Below, piece after piece: positions 12,107 to 24,800 of a stretch of 49,108 bases of DNA (positions within the stretch are counted from its first letter, which is position 1; every line of letters begins with the position of its first letter). The position numbers and the translations under genes are program-made. Location: assembly GCA_032718475.1 (NCBI GenBank), contig JAUCBJ010001394.1:1-49108 (forward strand), given 5' to 3'. This stretch comes from Nemertoderma westbladi (taxonomy: Eukaryota; Animalia; Xenacoelomorpha). The notes beneath the pieces are model-generated. The model worked only from the letters and a program-made list of their open reading frames with translations. It searched no databases and had not been told where the DNA came from.

Positions 12107-12868
12107 GGTAGGTTGTTTAGCAACCTGGGTGAGAGAGATCCCAGTCGACGGTAGGTTGTTTAGCAACCTGGGTGAGAGAGATCCCAGTAGACGGTAGGTT
12201 GTTTAGCAACCTGGGTGAGAGAGATCCCAGTCGACGGTAGGTTGTTTAGCAACCTGGGTGAGAGAGATCCCAGTAGACGGTAGGTTGTTTAGCAACCTGG
12301 GTGAGAGAGATCCCAGTCAACGGTAGGTTGTTTAGCAACCTGGGTGAGAGAGATCCCAGTAGACGGTAGGTTGTTTAGCAACCTGGGTGAGAGAGATCCC
12401 ATTAGACGGTAGGTTGTTTAGTTTAGCAACCTGGGTGAGAGATATCCCAGTAGACGGTAGGTTGTTTAGCAACCTGGGTGAGAGAGATCCCAGTCGACGG
12501 TAGGTTGTTTAGCAACCTGGGTGAGAGAGATCCCAGTCGACGGTAGGTTGTTTAGCAACCTGGGTGAGAGAGATCCCAGTAGACGGTAGGTTGTTTAGCA
12601 ACCTGGGTGAGAGAGATCCCAGTCGACGGTAGGTTGTTTAGCAACCTGGGTGAGAGAGATCCCAGTAGACGGTAGGTTGTTTAGCAACCTGGGTGAGAGA
12701 TATCCCAGTCGACGGTAGGTTGTTTAGCAACCTGGGTGAGAGAGATCCCAGTCGACGGTAGGTTGTTTAGCAACCTGGGTGAGAGAGATCCCAGTCGACG
12801 GTAGGTTGTTTAGCAACCTGGGTGAGAGAGATCTCAGTCGACGGTAGAGATTGTTTAGCAACATGGGT
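12107..12868. repeat. 43-bp minisatellite, about 17 copies
   Basis: Unit ggtaggttgtttagcaacctgggtgagagagatcccagt(c/a)gac. Confidence 0.95.
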
Positions 12869-13743
12869 TGAACATATACTAGCTTATACTGTCAGAAGCC
12901 AATTAAAAGCTTCCAAAAATTATGGATTCTGACACATACAAAACACACAGAAGAGAGACTAAATAATAATAAATTTGAAAAAATGTTCTAGCCTAATTAG
13001 TAATTATAGCAGAGAGTAGTAACAACTTGCTACAGTATATAGAATCAATAATTTTCTGACAGCTGACACCCTAGTTCAATCACACAGCGGCAGTATTGAT
13101 TCCGAAATATATTATAAATATATCCGCCAGCTGGCCGAAGTGTAGAGTCTGTTCTCATTACCATGACTCACAGCTCTATATACCGGGCTGTTGAAGATTC
13201 GTAGCATCACTGCACTAAGATGCAGTGCTAGAGAGGCCGACAACTGTCAGTATGGAAAACAAAGAGTAGGGCAAAATACAAAGAAGCCAAGTAGGTAATC
13301 AAAGAAGAAGTTGAAGAAATTAAATAAGCACATGTGTACACCATGTCCTGGAATATAGTGTCGTTATTCAGGTACCCCCCCCCCCCCCCCCCCCCAAAAA
13401 AAAAGAATAAAAAATTTTCTACAAATCTTAATGACATTGCATGAAATTTGAAACAGAGATAATTTCACCCCCCTCCTCCTTGCTGGGTGAGTCAGAATTT
13501 TTATTTTGAGCCACAATTTTTGCTTTTATTCTTTAGCTACAAGTGTTTGAAAAATTCCAATTATATAAAAATATTTGAATTTGGTTTGGAAATAGCTGAG
13601 ATATGGGCATTCGAAAGTCACATGTATTTGCTTCCACTATTGCGGGCCGTTATTCTATTTAATAAATGCATAACATTCTGGAACATTTTGTTTATCTTAT
13701 AAGAAGCTTGGCAACAATGAAATGCCTACATGGTAATACTAGG

Positions 13744-14628
13744 ACACCATAACCCTTAATACAACAACCATTTTTAGGGGGTCGGAGCCCCCCCCCCCCC
13801 CCCCTAATTTTTTTCAAATTTCAATAAAATGCTACGAAATTTGGTATGATGATAGATCGACACCTTTTCTTACTGGTGGCCTGGCCGGATTTTTTAATTT
13901 ATGAGCTATTTCGATACAAGTCGTTAAAAATCGTCTATTTCGCAATATTTAGCGACCTCCGTCCGCTTTATTTTTCGTCTTTGGAATGAGATCTAGATAT
14001 CATTAGAACCGCCTTCATCTGCAGATTCTGAATCTGAAACCCGTTGTAAATTTCACCAAGACCTTCCGAAGATATTATCAAAATACTAAGGTGTAAATTT
14101 TTGTGACGTAAATCGCCTTAAATTCTAATGTTTTTTTTACTCAATTCTAGAATATTAATCATGGGTAATGAAAAAACAAGATGGAGAGTTTTAAACGCTC
14201 AGCTAAATAATAATTAATATTCTAGAATAAAGACAACAAAACATTAGAATTATAGTGATTTACGTCACAAAAATTTACACCTTAGTATTTTGATAATATC
14301 TCCGAAAGTTCTTGGTGAAATTTACAACGGGTTCCATATTCGGAATCTGCAGATGAAGGCGGTTCTAATGATATCTAGATTCAATTCCAAAGACGAAAAA
14401 TAAAGCCGACGGAGGTGGCTAAACATTGCGAAATAGACGATTTTTAACGGCTTGTTGTATCGAAATAGCTCATAAATTAAAAAATCCGGTCAGGCCACCA
14501 GCAAGAAAAGGTGTCGTTCTATCATCATACCAAATTTCGTAGCATTTTATTGAAATTTGAAAAAAATTAGGGGGGGAGGGGGGGCTCCGACCCCCTAAAA
14601 ATGGTTGTTGTATTAAGGGTTATGGTGT
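13744..14628. mobile_element. Foldback or long-TIR non-autonomous DNA element (about 415-bp inverted arms, about 53-bp spacer)
   Basis: acaccataacccttaatacaac... at 13744 is the reverse complement of ...gttgtattaagggttatggtgt ending 14628; arms run to about 14159 and from about 14213. Confidence 0.88.
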
Positions 14629-15654
14629 ATATGGATATTCCTTTTTTTGCCTACATAGATTCTCAATATAATATTTATTAATAACGATATTGATAATTAA
14701 CTATATAGTAACACAATAAGAATATTTGACTGTCTTCAATTATCGAAAAACACTATATAGCAACTGTTTTCCAAGGAGATTGTCTCAGCCCCATCCTTAT
14801 TAATTAATTAATAAAGTTGACAATTAAGGAGAGGATGGGGGGGGGGGGGGGGGGGCTGGTCGCAAATCCGATCTCGGCGCGGCGAATTGCAGTATTTCAA
14901 AAAAGTTCAGTGTAAAATAATTCATGTTTTATATACAGTTAAATATAAATAGTAGTGAATTATTTCAACTATCTTTATGGTAAGCATGTGCGTGTTAATT
15001 TAATTAATCGCAATTTCTTCTTAGAAGGTTATCTTCTATGGTCATCTGTGCCTACTTCTATATAGTTACTAATTTAGTTTCCAGAGCAACGGAAATTTGT
15101 TTAATCATTTAACCATTTTTAATACCAATTTTGCTGTTACAATATAAGGACCTTATTTACATAACTTCTCTACTAAATGGGTGGATGTAACCTCGTCCAT
15201 CGGATTTATCGACCTCAAAAACCCTTATCCCCAAAATATTTATTTGTTATATGATAAACTATTGTGGTTTTCAAACTAAAATAAATAAATAAATTACACC
15301 TTAAATCAATAGAGCAATCACAATTTAAGTATGTGAAAAACCTTCACTAACATTAATGGAAATTATCAAATTTCCTTGCAGTGGAATTGTATAATTTTTT
15401 TACAACGGTTACCTTAATATATCGTGAAGTTTTTGATACATTTAAAAATTTGATGCGACTTCTAGTTTCCGAGATATAGCAATTAATGTGTAACACGCCA
15501 GTAAGGTACTTGAAGGAAAGAGAATTATTGGTAGAACTTTGCTTTAAAAGTGATACTAAACCTTAGAAGGTATTTTAACTTTAACATTGTCAAAAACTCT
15601 AAACATACTGTGTACAGCACCCCTATAGACTAGCTAGAGCTTTGGTTGATAAAC

Positions 15655-15850
15655 AAGCCAATAAGAGGACTCCAAACGATTAATTTGTGAAGAGATTGGA
15701 TATCCTATTTTGATTGGACGATGATGCATTTGATGGTTTCCTGCTTATGTGTCAGTCTTTACTGTCTGGTGTCGTTTCCGCTTTTCCCTTCACAGCAGTA
15801 CTGCTGTACTGGTACCGGTAGCGCGGTAGGTTTCTGATGACTGAGTCATC
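15655..15850 (+). promoter_or_regulatory. Candidate GALNT proximal promoter
   Basis: CCAAT/ATTGG boxes at 15658, 15695, 15713; Inr-like TCAGT near 15752; AP-1-like TGAGTCA at 15842. Confidence 0.4.
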
Positions 15851-15882
15851 TATCATCAGTTCAGCCAGTAGTATCGGTCACG

Positions 15883-16290
15883 ATGAACCGACACCAACGC
15901 AGTATTATTCGCCGGGTTATCGCAGCCGCATTGCTCCTTCTATTCCTCCGCTCTCTACATTACTACGGTTTTATTAACGGCCTACTGACTAGTGGTACCG
16001 GTACGGGTCGACACCGGGGGATAGGCCTATCAGACGAATTTGTCCGTCAGCGAATGGGCGAACGATCCGAGGACCTAACATGGGGAAACGTAACGAAAAA
16101 ACTCGCCGTTTATAAACAAGGAGTTTTGGGTAACTACGAGGTTGAGTTTGTCACTAAGACGGGCCCTGGGGAGGGCGGTGTGTCTTATAAACTCCCGGCC
16201 GACTTGGTGGAAGCTGGGGAAGAGAGTAAACGCGAATACGGGTTCAATATGTTGGCGAGCGAACATATATCGCTGGATCGAACGCTAAAG
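15883..16290 (+). CDS. GALNT7: ppGalNAc-transferase (GALNT7/10-like) exon 1: cytoplasmic tail, TM anchor, stem, start of catalytic region
   Basis: MNRHQRSIIRRVIAAALLLLFLRSL type II anchor; GVLGNYE, GPGEGG, EYGFNMLASEHISLDR motifs; ends AAG|GTGAGT; 408 nt, phase 0. Symbol is the best guess within the GALNT7/10 subfamily. Confidence 0.93.
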
Positions 16291-16850
16291 GTGAGTTTAC
16301 GAGTTTCATATCATTTGTAAATATTATGATAAATATAGTAGGCCTACCATATTATGGTACTACATTTATCATATTTACAAATGTAAACCAAATACGCTAC
16401 TGAACTACGATAGTTGCTTCAACCTCTCATCAAATATTTATATGCATACCGGTAATTATAATGCCGCCAATAGCTGAATAGCTAGGGCAGTCTTGTCTTA
16501 ACGTTTGCAGCCTAGTAACACGGACCTGCCAATAATAAGCCCAAGAGACCACCACCAATATGAAATTATATAGTCCTATAGCTACTATATACTAGAGCTA
16601 TACTTTGTGAGTGAAGGTGATATTCCAGAACGTTAATCATATAATTAAAGCAAATAGTCAACTAGCTACTATAGGCACATAGGCCTACTCATACTGTAGC
16701 AAAATATATGTTTACTATTTACTAAACATTTTAATACTAAATTTATTAGTAATTACTGATTTAAAATAAATAATACAAAATAAATAGAATAAACCAGATA
16801 GGAAACTGGACGCAATAAATATTCATCCCTCTCCATTGGAAATTCGACTC

Positions 16851-17365
16851 AAATAACAGCTGATTACTCTCAAAATTAAAACTGTAACCTGTTACATTGT
16901 GTTTTAGTTTTTTGTTTTGGTTAAAATAACGTGCCACTGTAACCTGCTCCTTTCCCTAATTTAGAATTTAACATTGAGGCGGGATATTAATTCGCCAAGC
17001 GGATATTGCGTCGATCCCCCACTTCCCCCCCCCCCCCCCCCCCCCTGTCTCGAATAAACATATTAATATATTATAGATCGTTGATTGGATAAAAATTTTA
17101 TTATTTGCATTTTTGTAAGATTGATTGATTGGATGATTAAATTACTTTATTGTCCGCAAATACGGAAGGTATTGTCCAATTAGATTGGGCGGGCGAGTGA
17201 ACAAATCGACGCAAATAACAGCTGATTACTACAAAAAAATAAAGACTGTAACCTGTTATTGACTTTAGTTTATATATTGTTTTGGTTAGAATAACGCGCC
17301 ACTGTAACCTGCTCATTTTATTCCCAAAATTTATAATTTAACATTAAGGCGAGATATTAATTCGC
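16851..17365. repeat. Two diverged copies (about 362 bp apart) of a dispersed repeat containing ctgtaacctgctc
   Basis: aaataacagctgattact...ccactgtaacctgctc...gatattaattcgc at about 16851 and 17213; inverted relative to the 71-bp array. Confidence 0.7.
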
Positions 17366-18439
17366 GGAGACGTGATTTTTTCAGTTTTTATAATTTTGCG
17401 TCTCCCTCTAGTGGCGAGTGGCGGAATTAAACTTAACTAACACACTACCAGTCCTTTGATATTTATCAAACTTTTGGACTCAGCAACCTCGAATCAACAA
17501 AACCAATCAGACAAAAGTCAGAATCTACCAGCAGATATTTAATTAATTAATAATGAAGAATTAATTTAATAACAATTTGAAGAAATCTTTTTTAAAAATT
17601 AATGGAGAATTTTTCAAGATCTTCCAAAAACATTTCTAACGAACAATAAGTTATCGAATTTGGGTGAAAAATGTAAACTAAACTTTTAATTCCGAGATAA
17701 AACTAATTTAAACTTAAAGTTCAAACTTTCCCGCCCAATTTGGCAATAAGGCTACTTACTCACCACGTTACTAAAATTATCAACAATGTGATTTCAATTT
17801 CAGACGTCTGTTGTAATTTTTGGTGGAATCTAGTCTGTTTGTCTAACGATCTGTATGTCTGTCTGTATTCTTAAATTTTGGTGGACAAATTATAGACGGA
17901 TTGACAAACGATAACTCGAAAACTAAAAAGATCTCGCTCAGTCGTTTCCAGATTTGATTAAATTAATTTAATCCTCATTAAATTCTGCATCAGAAAAAAC
18001 TAAAAATATGAAAATGTTAGACTCAACTAGAAGGTACAGTGTAAATTCCCCGTATATATTATTAATAATTTTAATTTACTATAGGCCTATTTATATATTT
18101 TTATTTATTACCGTTAATCTTATTTAATAATTCTCGAAGAAAAATTTATTTTCGTTTATTAGTAAAACCTTAAATAAAACCTAAATATATGAATAACCTA
18201 TACAACCTAAAATTAAGGGGGGGGGGGGGGGGGTTATTAACTAAAAATGTTCTTTCCCTTATTGCGGAGACTCCATTTTACCCAAATACCTATAGGTCTA
18301 ATTAATATAATTTATGCAAAAAAATTATGAAATGCAAAGGCTCTTAGAGGGATGGTCATCAAGTGCTCAAAATTTCTTCATTTGTGCAGAATGGCATGCT
18401 AAATCGACCCGGTTATCGTTCATATGCGTACCTCTGGCA

Positions 18440-18983
18440 AAAGAAGCAGGTTACAGAGGTGGTGTTTTCTAACCAAAACAATTAACTAATCTCCATTACT
18501 TAATTAACGGAAAGGAGCAGGTCACAGAGGTGGTGTTTTCTAACCAAAACAATTAACTAATCTCCATTACTTAATTAACGGAAAAGAGCAGGTTACAGTG
18601 GTGGTGTTTTCTAACCAAAACAATTAACTAATCTCCATTACTTAATTAACGGAAAGGAGCAGGTCACAGAGGTGGTGTTTTCTAACCAAAACAATTAACT
18701 AATCTCCATTACTTAATTAACGGAAAGGAGCAGGTTACAGTGGTGGGATTTTCTAACCAAAACAATTAACTAATCTCCATTACTTAATTAACGGAAAGGA
18801 GCAGGTCACAGAGGTGGTGTTTTCTAACCAAAACAATAAACTAATCTCCATTACTTAATTAACGGAAAGGAGCAGGTCACAGAGGTGGTGTTTTCTAACC
18901 AAAACAATTAACTAATCTCCATTACTTAATTAACGGAAAGGAGCAGGTTACAGTGGTGGGCTTTTCTAACCAAAACAATAAAC
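18440..18983. repeat. 71-bp minisatellite, 7-8 copies
   Basis: Unit aaaggagcaggtcacagaggtggtgttttctaaccaaaacaattaactaatctccattacttaattaacgg. Confidence 0.95.
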
Positions 18984-19504
18984 AATATCTCAATAACATA
19001 GGGTATTTCATACTTATAGTCTTATTTTTGCAATACGAAAATACCAGAGGTACGCATATGAACTATAACTATCGACCCTATGACCAGAATTTTGGTAAAT
19101 TCTCATATTCAAATACCGGTATTATTAAAAAATAACAGATTTTTCCATTTTTTGCCGAAATTTGACACATTTTGTTTGGGTAATTTCATTAAAGTGTGTC
19201 TATTGAAATCAGGGTTGTTTGATTTAAATCATTGATTTAAATCACATATAATAATCAAAAAAATCAGATTTTTTTGATTTTTTTAAAATCATGAATTTTA
19301 TCAATCATGCTTTAAGGCCAGGATTAACATTGCATTATTGATTATTAATAAATGATTCAAATTACCTAAATATTTACATGAAAATACAGTACCATGTCGC
19401 TCGCATTTTCAATACCATACAGTATACACAGGACCATTAATTAAGTTGTAGTTTAGAGTTCTATTCAGTTTTTTGTTTATTTAGTTTATATTCGAATTCA
19501 GACG

Positions 19505-19878
19505 TATCGGGATTTTCGGGATCGGGACCGGGATTATCACTCCCGAGATCCCACGTAATTTTGGATTAAATTATTTAAAGTTCATAGTGTATGTGGCGAG
19601 TTTTCGGTAACACTCACTTTATTTTACACTTCTGAAATATTAGTAAGATAAAGTTATATTATAATATCTTATAATTTATTACTGAATGGTTTACTGAAAT
19701 AAAAATTAGATATAATCAAAACATTTCCGTTCTGCTGGAACTTTTTTTAGATGTTCAACAAATTTATTTAACACTTTAAACTTCGGGATCCCGTTCCAAA
19801 AAAGTCGGAATCGGGATTGGATATTTCGCTGGGATCCCGGTTTTTCGGTATAAGGATCGGGATCCCGTTTAAACAAGA
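19505..19878. mobile_element. Degenerate CGGGATCCCG-rich MITE nested in the hAT element
   Basis: Repeated cgggat/atcccg motifs and gatcccgtttaaaca end shared with 30782..31073 and 44402..44500. Confidence 0.6.
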
Positions 19879-19971
19879 GGGCATTGATGAAGCGAGAAGT
19901 CTTCAATGTTTTCATATAAATTCTGATTTAAATAAAAAAATCTGATTTAAATAATAAAATGTGACTTAAAT

Positions 19972-20343
19972 GGGTGACTACAAAACAAAGACCCAAATAA
20001 TAAAGACCTGCATAATCTTGAAACATGTGTTAACTTTCGTTTATTGTTTTGGTCAACAAGCCTCTGTAACATGCTCCTTTACTAACCTGTTTCCTTTAAA
20101 TGGCAATGTAACCTAATGAGCTTTGGGAACTCTACAAAACAAAGAGGTAAAGATGCGTTATGTCCCAAAGGGCGCTAGGTCCCATTGCCATATAGAGCAT
20201 TAGGTCCCATTGCCATTTACAGGAGCACGTTAGTAAAGGAGCAGGTTACAGAAGCGTGTTGGGGGAACCAAAACAATAAACGAAAGTTAACAGATGTGTT
20301 TTGTACAGGTCTTTGTTAATGGGTCTTTGCTTTGTAGTCACCC
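19972..20343. mobile_element. Palindromic MITE nested in the hAT element
   Basis: GGGTGACTACAAA...TTTGTAGTCACCC long inverted arms; flanks gacttaaat / gatttaaat (imperfect 9-bp TSD). Confidence 0.82.
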
Positions 20344-20670
20344 GATTTAAATCATAAAAATATGATTTAAATCAAAAAAATCTGATTTAAATAAAAAAAA
20401 TCTGATTTAAATAAAAAAAATCTGATTTTTTTGATTTTTTTTTTAAAATCATGATTTTATCAACCCTGATTGAAATTTTGGAATGCACAACCAAGCTGAA
20501 AATTTTGTTACAAGGATTTTCCGGGTCGGTGATTTCATTTCTAAAATTAGTTTTCTCTCAAATCTCAGTTTTCATTTCATAGTAGGATGTGACCAAGTAC
20601 TTTCCCCGTCAGCTCTAAACAACACTCTCGTATTGGGTACCACGGTTTATTCTCCTTCTCATCTCTTTAG

Positions 20671-20904
20671 GATATTAGGACCCCCGAATGTAAGTTCTGG
20701 CACTACCCGACCAAGCTGCCAACCGCCAGTCTGGTTGTTGTGTTCCACAACGAGGGTCTCTCCACGCTACTCCGAACGGTCCATTCCGCTATTAATTCCG
20801 CTCCAGCTGAGCTGCTGGTCGAGGTTGTTATGGTCGACGACGGTAGCACCAAGTCGGACACTAAGGACAAACTCGATGAGCATATAAAGCGTTTCAACGG
20901 AAAG
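20671..20904 (+). CDS. GALNT7: GALNT exon 2 (GT-A/Glycos_transf_2 domain N-terminal part)
   Basis: Polypyrimidine tract tctccttctcatctctttAG; DIRTPECKFWHYPTKLPTASLVVVFHNEG...LLRTVHS...VDDGS...RFNGK; ends AAG|GTAAAT; 234 nt. Confidence 0.95.
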
Positions 20905-21203
20905 GTAAATAACAAGTTATTATATGTCACTTATATAGTAAATAGTGAAATAAAGTAATTATCTTAAATAACTACTACTATTAATCTTAATCTCGACTTT
21001 ATCCCTATAGATGGGTGTAAGTAAACACAACCACAATGAAAAGGATCATGTTACAGTGGCAATAAGTTATTCTAACCAAAACAATAAACGAGAGTCAAAT
21101 GAGCAGTTGTGAATTTCATGTTAAATCAAGTATTAAGTATCAATTTCATTCCAGGGAAGCCCCAGTTTTTTATTTATGCGATACATACAACATTTATAGT
21201 AGA

Positions 21204-21327
21204 TTAACTTAATTAGCAGTTAACTTAATTAGCAGTTAACTTAATTAGCAGTTAGCTTAATTAGCAGTTAGCTTAATTAGCAGTTAGCTTAATTAGCAGT
21301 TAGCTTAATTAGCTTTAGCAGTTAGCA
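21204..21327. repeat. 16-bp tandem repeat
   Basis: tta(a/g)cttaattagcag, about 7 copies. Confidence 0.9.
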
Positions 21328-21684
21328 GGGACAGGACGATATAGACAAAAAGAGCACGATTGGCATTCCTATGTTATTAATTAATTAAAGTGACATTAAG
21401 TATTTTGGGTTAAAACATTTTCATTGTAAAAAACGGTAACTAGCACCGTAGGCTCTACTGCTACCCAGAATAAATGTTTCCTTGAGTGTCGGCATCAGTC
21501 GGGTCTCCGTAATTGTTATCTGCAACGCTGGTTAAGGAACAGAAACCTATGATTTCCAGATCTTCGACCGAGGGGTCGTTCAAACTTTCCCTATTCTCTT
21601 TAGATATTTAGGTAAGGTTTCGAGCCAACGGATCACAAATCACCCCTCCCCTTTGTAATAAGAGGAAATTTAGCCAAGTACCTT

Positions 21685-21820
21685 ACTGAGTTACTGATCT
21701 AGACTTTGTTGATGTCTTAGACTCACTAAGGGAGTCCAACGGCTCCTCAGTTCATTAGAACATGCTGCTTCTAGTGTTTCTTTTTGTTAACTCCAGAAAG
21801 ACCGAAATTTTGACAGTTAA
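21685..21820 (+). mobile_element. Decayed RTE LINE fragment (RT core), left of the 56-bp array
   Basis: VTDLDFVD...QRLLSSLEHAASSV...NSRKTEILTV; clearly similar to the reverse complement of about 35893-36040. Confidence 0.78.
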
Positions 21821-21821
21821 G

Positions 21822-24800
21822 CCACCACACCAGCACATCGCCATACAGAGCGAGTACATAAGGTAGGGGAAGCACCATCCACCACACCAGCACATCGCCA
21901 TACAGAGCGAGTACATAAGGTAGGGGAAGCACCATCCACCACACCAGCACATCGCCATACAGAGCGAGTACATAAGGTAGGGAAGCACCATCCACCACAC
22001 CAGCACATCGCCATACAGAGCGAGTACATAAGGTAGGGAAGCACCATCCACCACACCAGCACATCGCCATACAGAGCGAGTACATAAGGAAGGGAAGCAC
22101 CATCCACCATCCACCACACCAGCACATCGCCATACAGAGCGAGCACATAAGGTAGGGAAGCACCATCCACCACACCAGCACATCGCCATACAGAGCGAGT
22201 ACATAAGATAGGGAAGCACCATCCACCACACCAGCACATCGCCATACAGAGCGAGTACATAAGATAGGGAAGCACCATCCACCACACCAGCACATCGCCA
22301 TACAGAGCGAGTACATAAGGTAGGGGAAGCACCATCCACCATACCAGCACATCGCCATACAGAGCGAGTACATAAGGTAGGGAAGCACCATCCACCACAC
22401 CAGCACATCGCCATACAGAACGAGTACATAAGGAAGGGAAGCACCATCCACCACACCAGCACATCGCCATACAGAGCGAGCACATAGGGTAGGGAAGCAC
22501 CATCCACCACACCAGCACATCGCCATACAGAGCGAGTACATAAGGTAGGGGAAGCACCATCCACCATACCAGCACATCGCCATACAGAGCGAGTACATAA
22601 GGTAGGGAAGCACCATCCACCACACCAGCACATCGCCATACAGAGCGAGTACATAAGATAGGGAAGCACCATCCACCACACCAGCACATCGCCATACAGA
22701 GCGAGTACATAAGGTAGGGAAGCACCATCCACCACACCAGCACATCGCCATACAGAGCGAGTACATAAGGTAGGGAAGCACCATCCACCACACCAGCACA
22801 TCGCCATACAGAGCGAGTACATAAGGTAGGGAAGCACCATCCACCACACCAGCACATCGCCATACAGAGCGAGTACATAAGGTAGGGAAGCACCATCCAC
22901 CATACCAGCACATCGCCATACAGAGCGAGTACATAAGGTAGGGAAGCACCATCCACCACACCAGCATATCGCCATACAGAGCGAGTACATAAGGTAGGGA
23001 AGCACCATCCACCACACCAGCACATCGCCATACAGAGCGAGTACATAAGATAGGGAAGCACCATCCACCACACCAGCACATCGCCATACAGAGCGAGTAC
23101 ATAAGGTAGGGAAGCACCATCCACCACACCAGCACATCGCCATACAGAGCGAGTACATAAGATAGGGAAGCACCATCCACCACACCAGCACATCGCCATA
23201 CAGAACGAGTACATAAGGAAGGGAAGCACCATCCACCACACCAGCACATCGCCATACAGAGCGAGTACATAAGGTAGGGAAGCACCATCCACCACACCAG
23301 CACATCGCCATACAGAGCGAGTACATAAGATAGGGAAGCACCATCCACCACACCAGCACATCGCCATACAGAACGAGTACATAAGGAAGGGAAGCACCAT
23401 CCACCACACCAGCACATCGCCATACAGAGCGAGTACATAAGGTAGGGAAGCACCATCCACCACACCAGCACATCGCCATACAGAGCGAGTACATAAGATA
23501 GGGAAGCACCATCCACCACACCAGCACATCGCCATACAGAGCGAGTACATAAGGTAGGGAAGCACCATCCACCACACCAGCACATCGCCATACAGAACGA
23601 GTACATAAGGAAGGGAAGCACCATCCACCACACCAGCACATCGCCATACAGAGCGAGTACATAAGGTAGGGACGCACCATCCACCACACGAGCACATCGC
23701 CATACAGAGCGAGTACATAAGGTAGGGAAGCACCATCCACCACACGAGCACATCGCCATACAGAGCGAGTACATAAGGTAGGGAAGCACCATCCACCACA
23801 CCAGCACATCGCCATACAGAGCGAGTACATAAGGTAGGGAAGCACCATCCACCACACCAGCACATCGCCATACAGAACGAGTACATAAGGAAGGGAAGCA
23901 CCATCCACCACACCAGCACATCGCCATACAGAGCGAGTACATAAGGTAGGGAAGCACCATCCACCACACCAGCACATCGCCATACAGAGCGAGTACATAA
24001 GATAGGGAAGCACCATCCACCACACCAGCACATCGCCATACAGAGCGAGTACATAAGGTAGGGGAAGCACCATCCACCATACCAGCACATCGCCATACAG
24101 AACGAGTACATAAGGAAGGGAAGCACCATCCACCACACCAGCACATCGCCATACAGAGCGAGTACATAAGGTAGGGAAGCACCATCCACCACACGAGCAC
24201 ATCGCCATACAGAGCGAGTACATAAGGTAGGGAAGCACCATCCACCACACCAGCACATCGCCATACAGAGCGAGTACATAAGGTAGGGAAGCACCATCCA
24301 CCACACCAGCACATCGCCATACAGAGCGAGTACATAAGGTAGGGAAGCACCATCCACCACACCAGCACATCGCCATACAGAACGAGTACATAAGGAAGGG
24401 AAGCACCATCCACCACACCAGCACATCGCCATACAGAGCGAGTACATAAGGTAGGGAAGCACCATCCACCACACCAGCACATCGCCATACAGAGCGAGTA
24501 CATAAGATAGGGAAGCACCATCCACCACACCAGCACATCGCCATACAGAGCGAGTACATAAGGTAGGGAAGCACCATCCACCACACGAGCACATCGCCAT
24601 ACAGAGCGAGTACATAAGGTAGGGAAGCACCATCCACCACACCAGCACATCTCCATACAGAGCGAGTACATAAGGAAGGGAAGCACCATCCACCACACCA
24701 GCACATCGCCATACAGAACGAGTACATAAGGAAGGGAAGCACCATCCACCACACCAGCACATCGCCATACAGAGCGAGTACATAAGGTAGGGAAGCACCA

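Larger units (their letters stand above)
19210..20468. mobile_element. Non-autonomous hAT-type DNA transposon
   Basis: TIR CAGGGTTG...CAACCCTG, perfect 8-bp TSD ATTGAAAT, subterminal gatttaaatc repeats. Confidence 0.9.

Noticed and set aside
12107-12868. CRISPR-like look (palindromic repeats of about 40 bp)
   Set aside because: No unique spacers, no cas genes, eukaryotic context; the same applies to the other arrays
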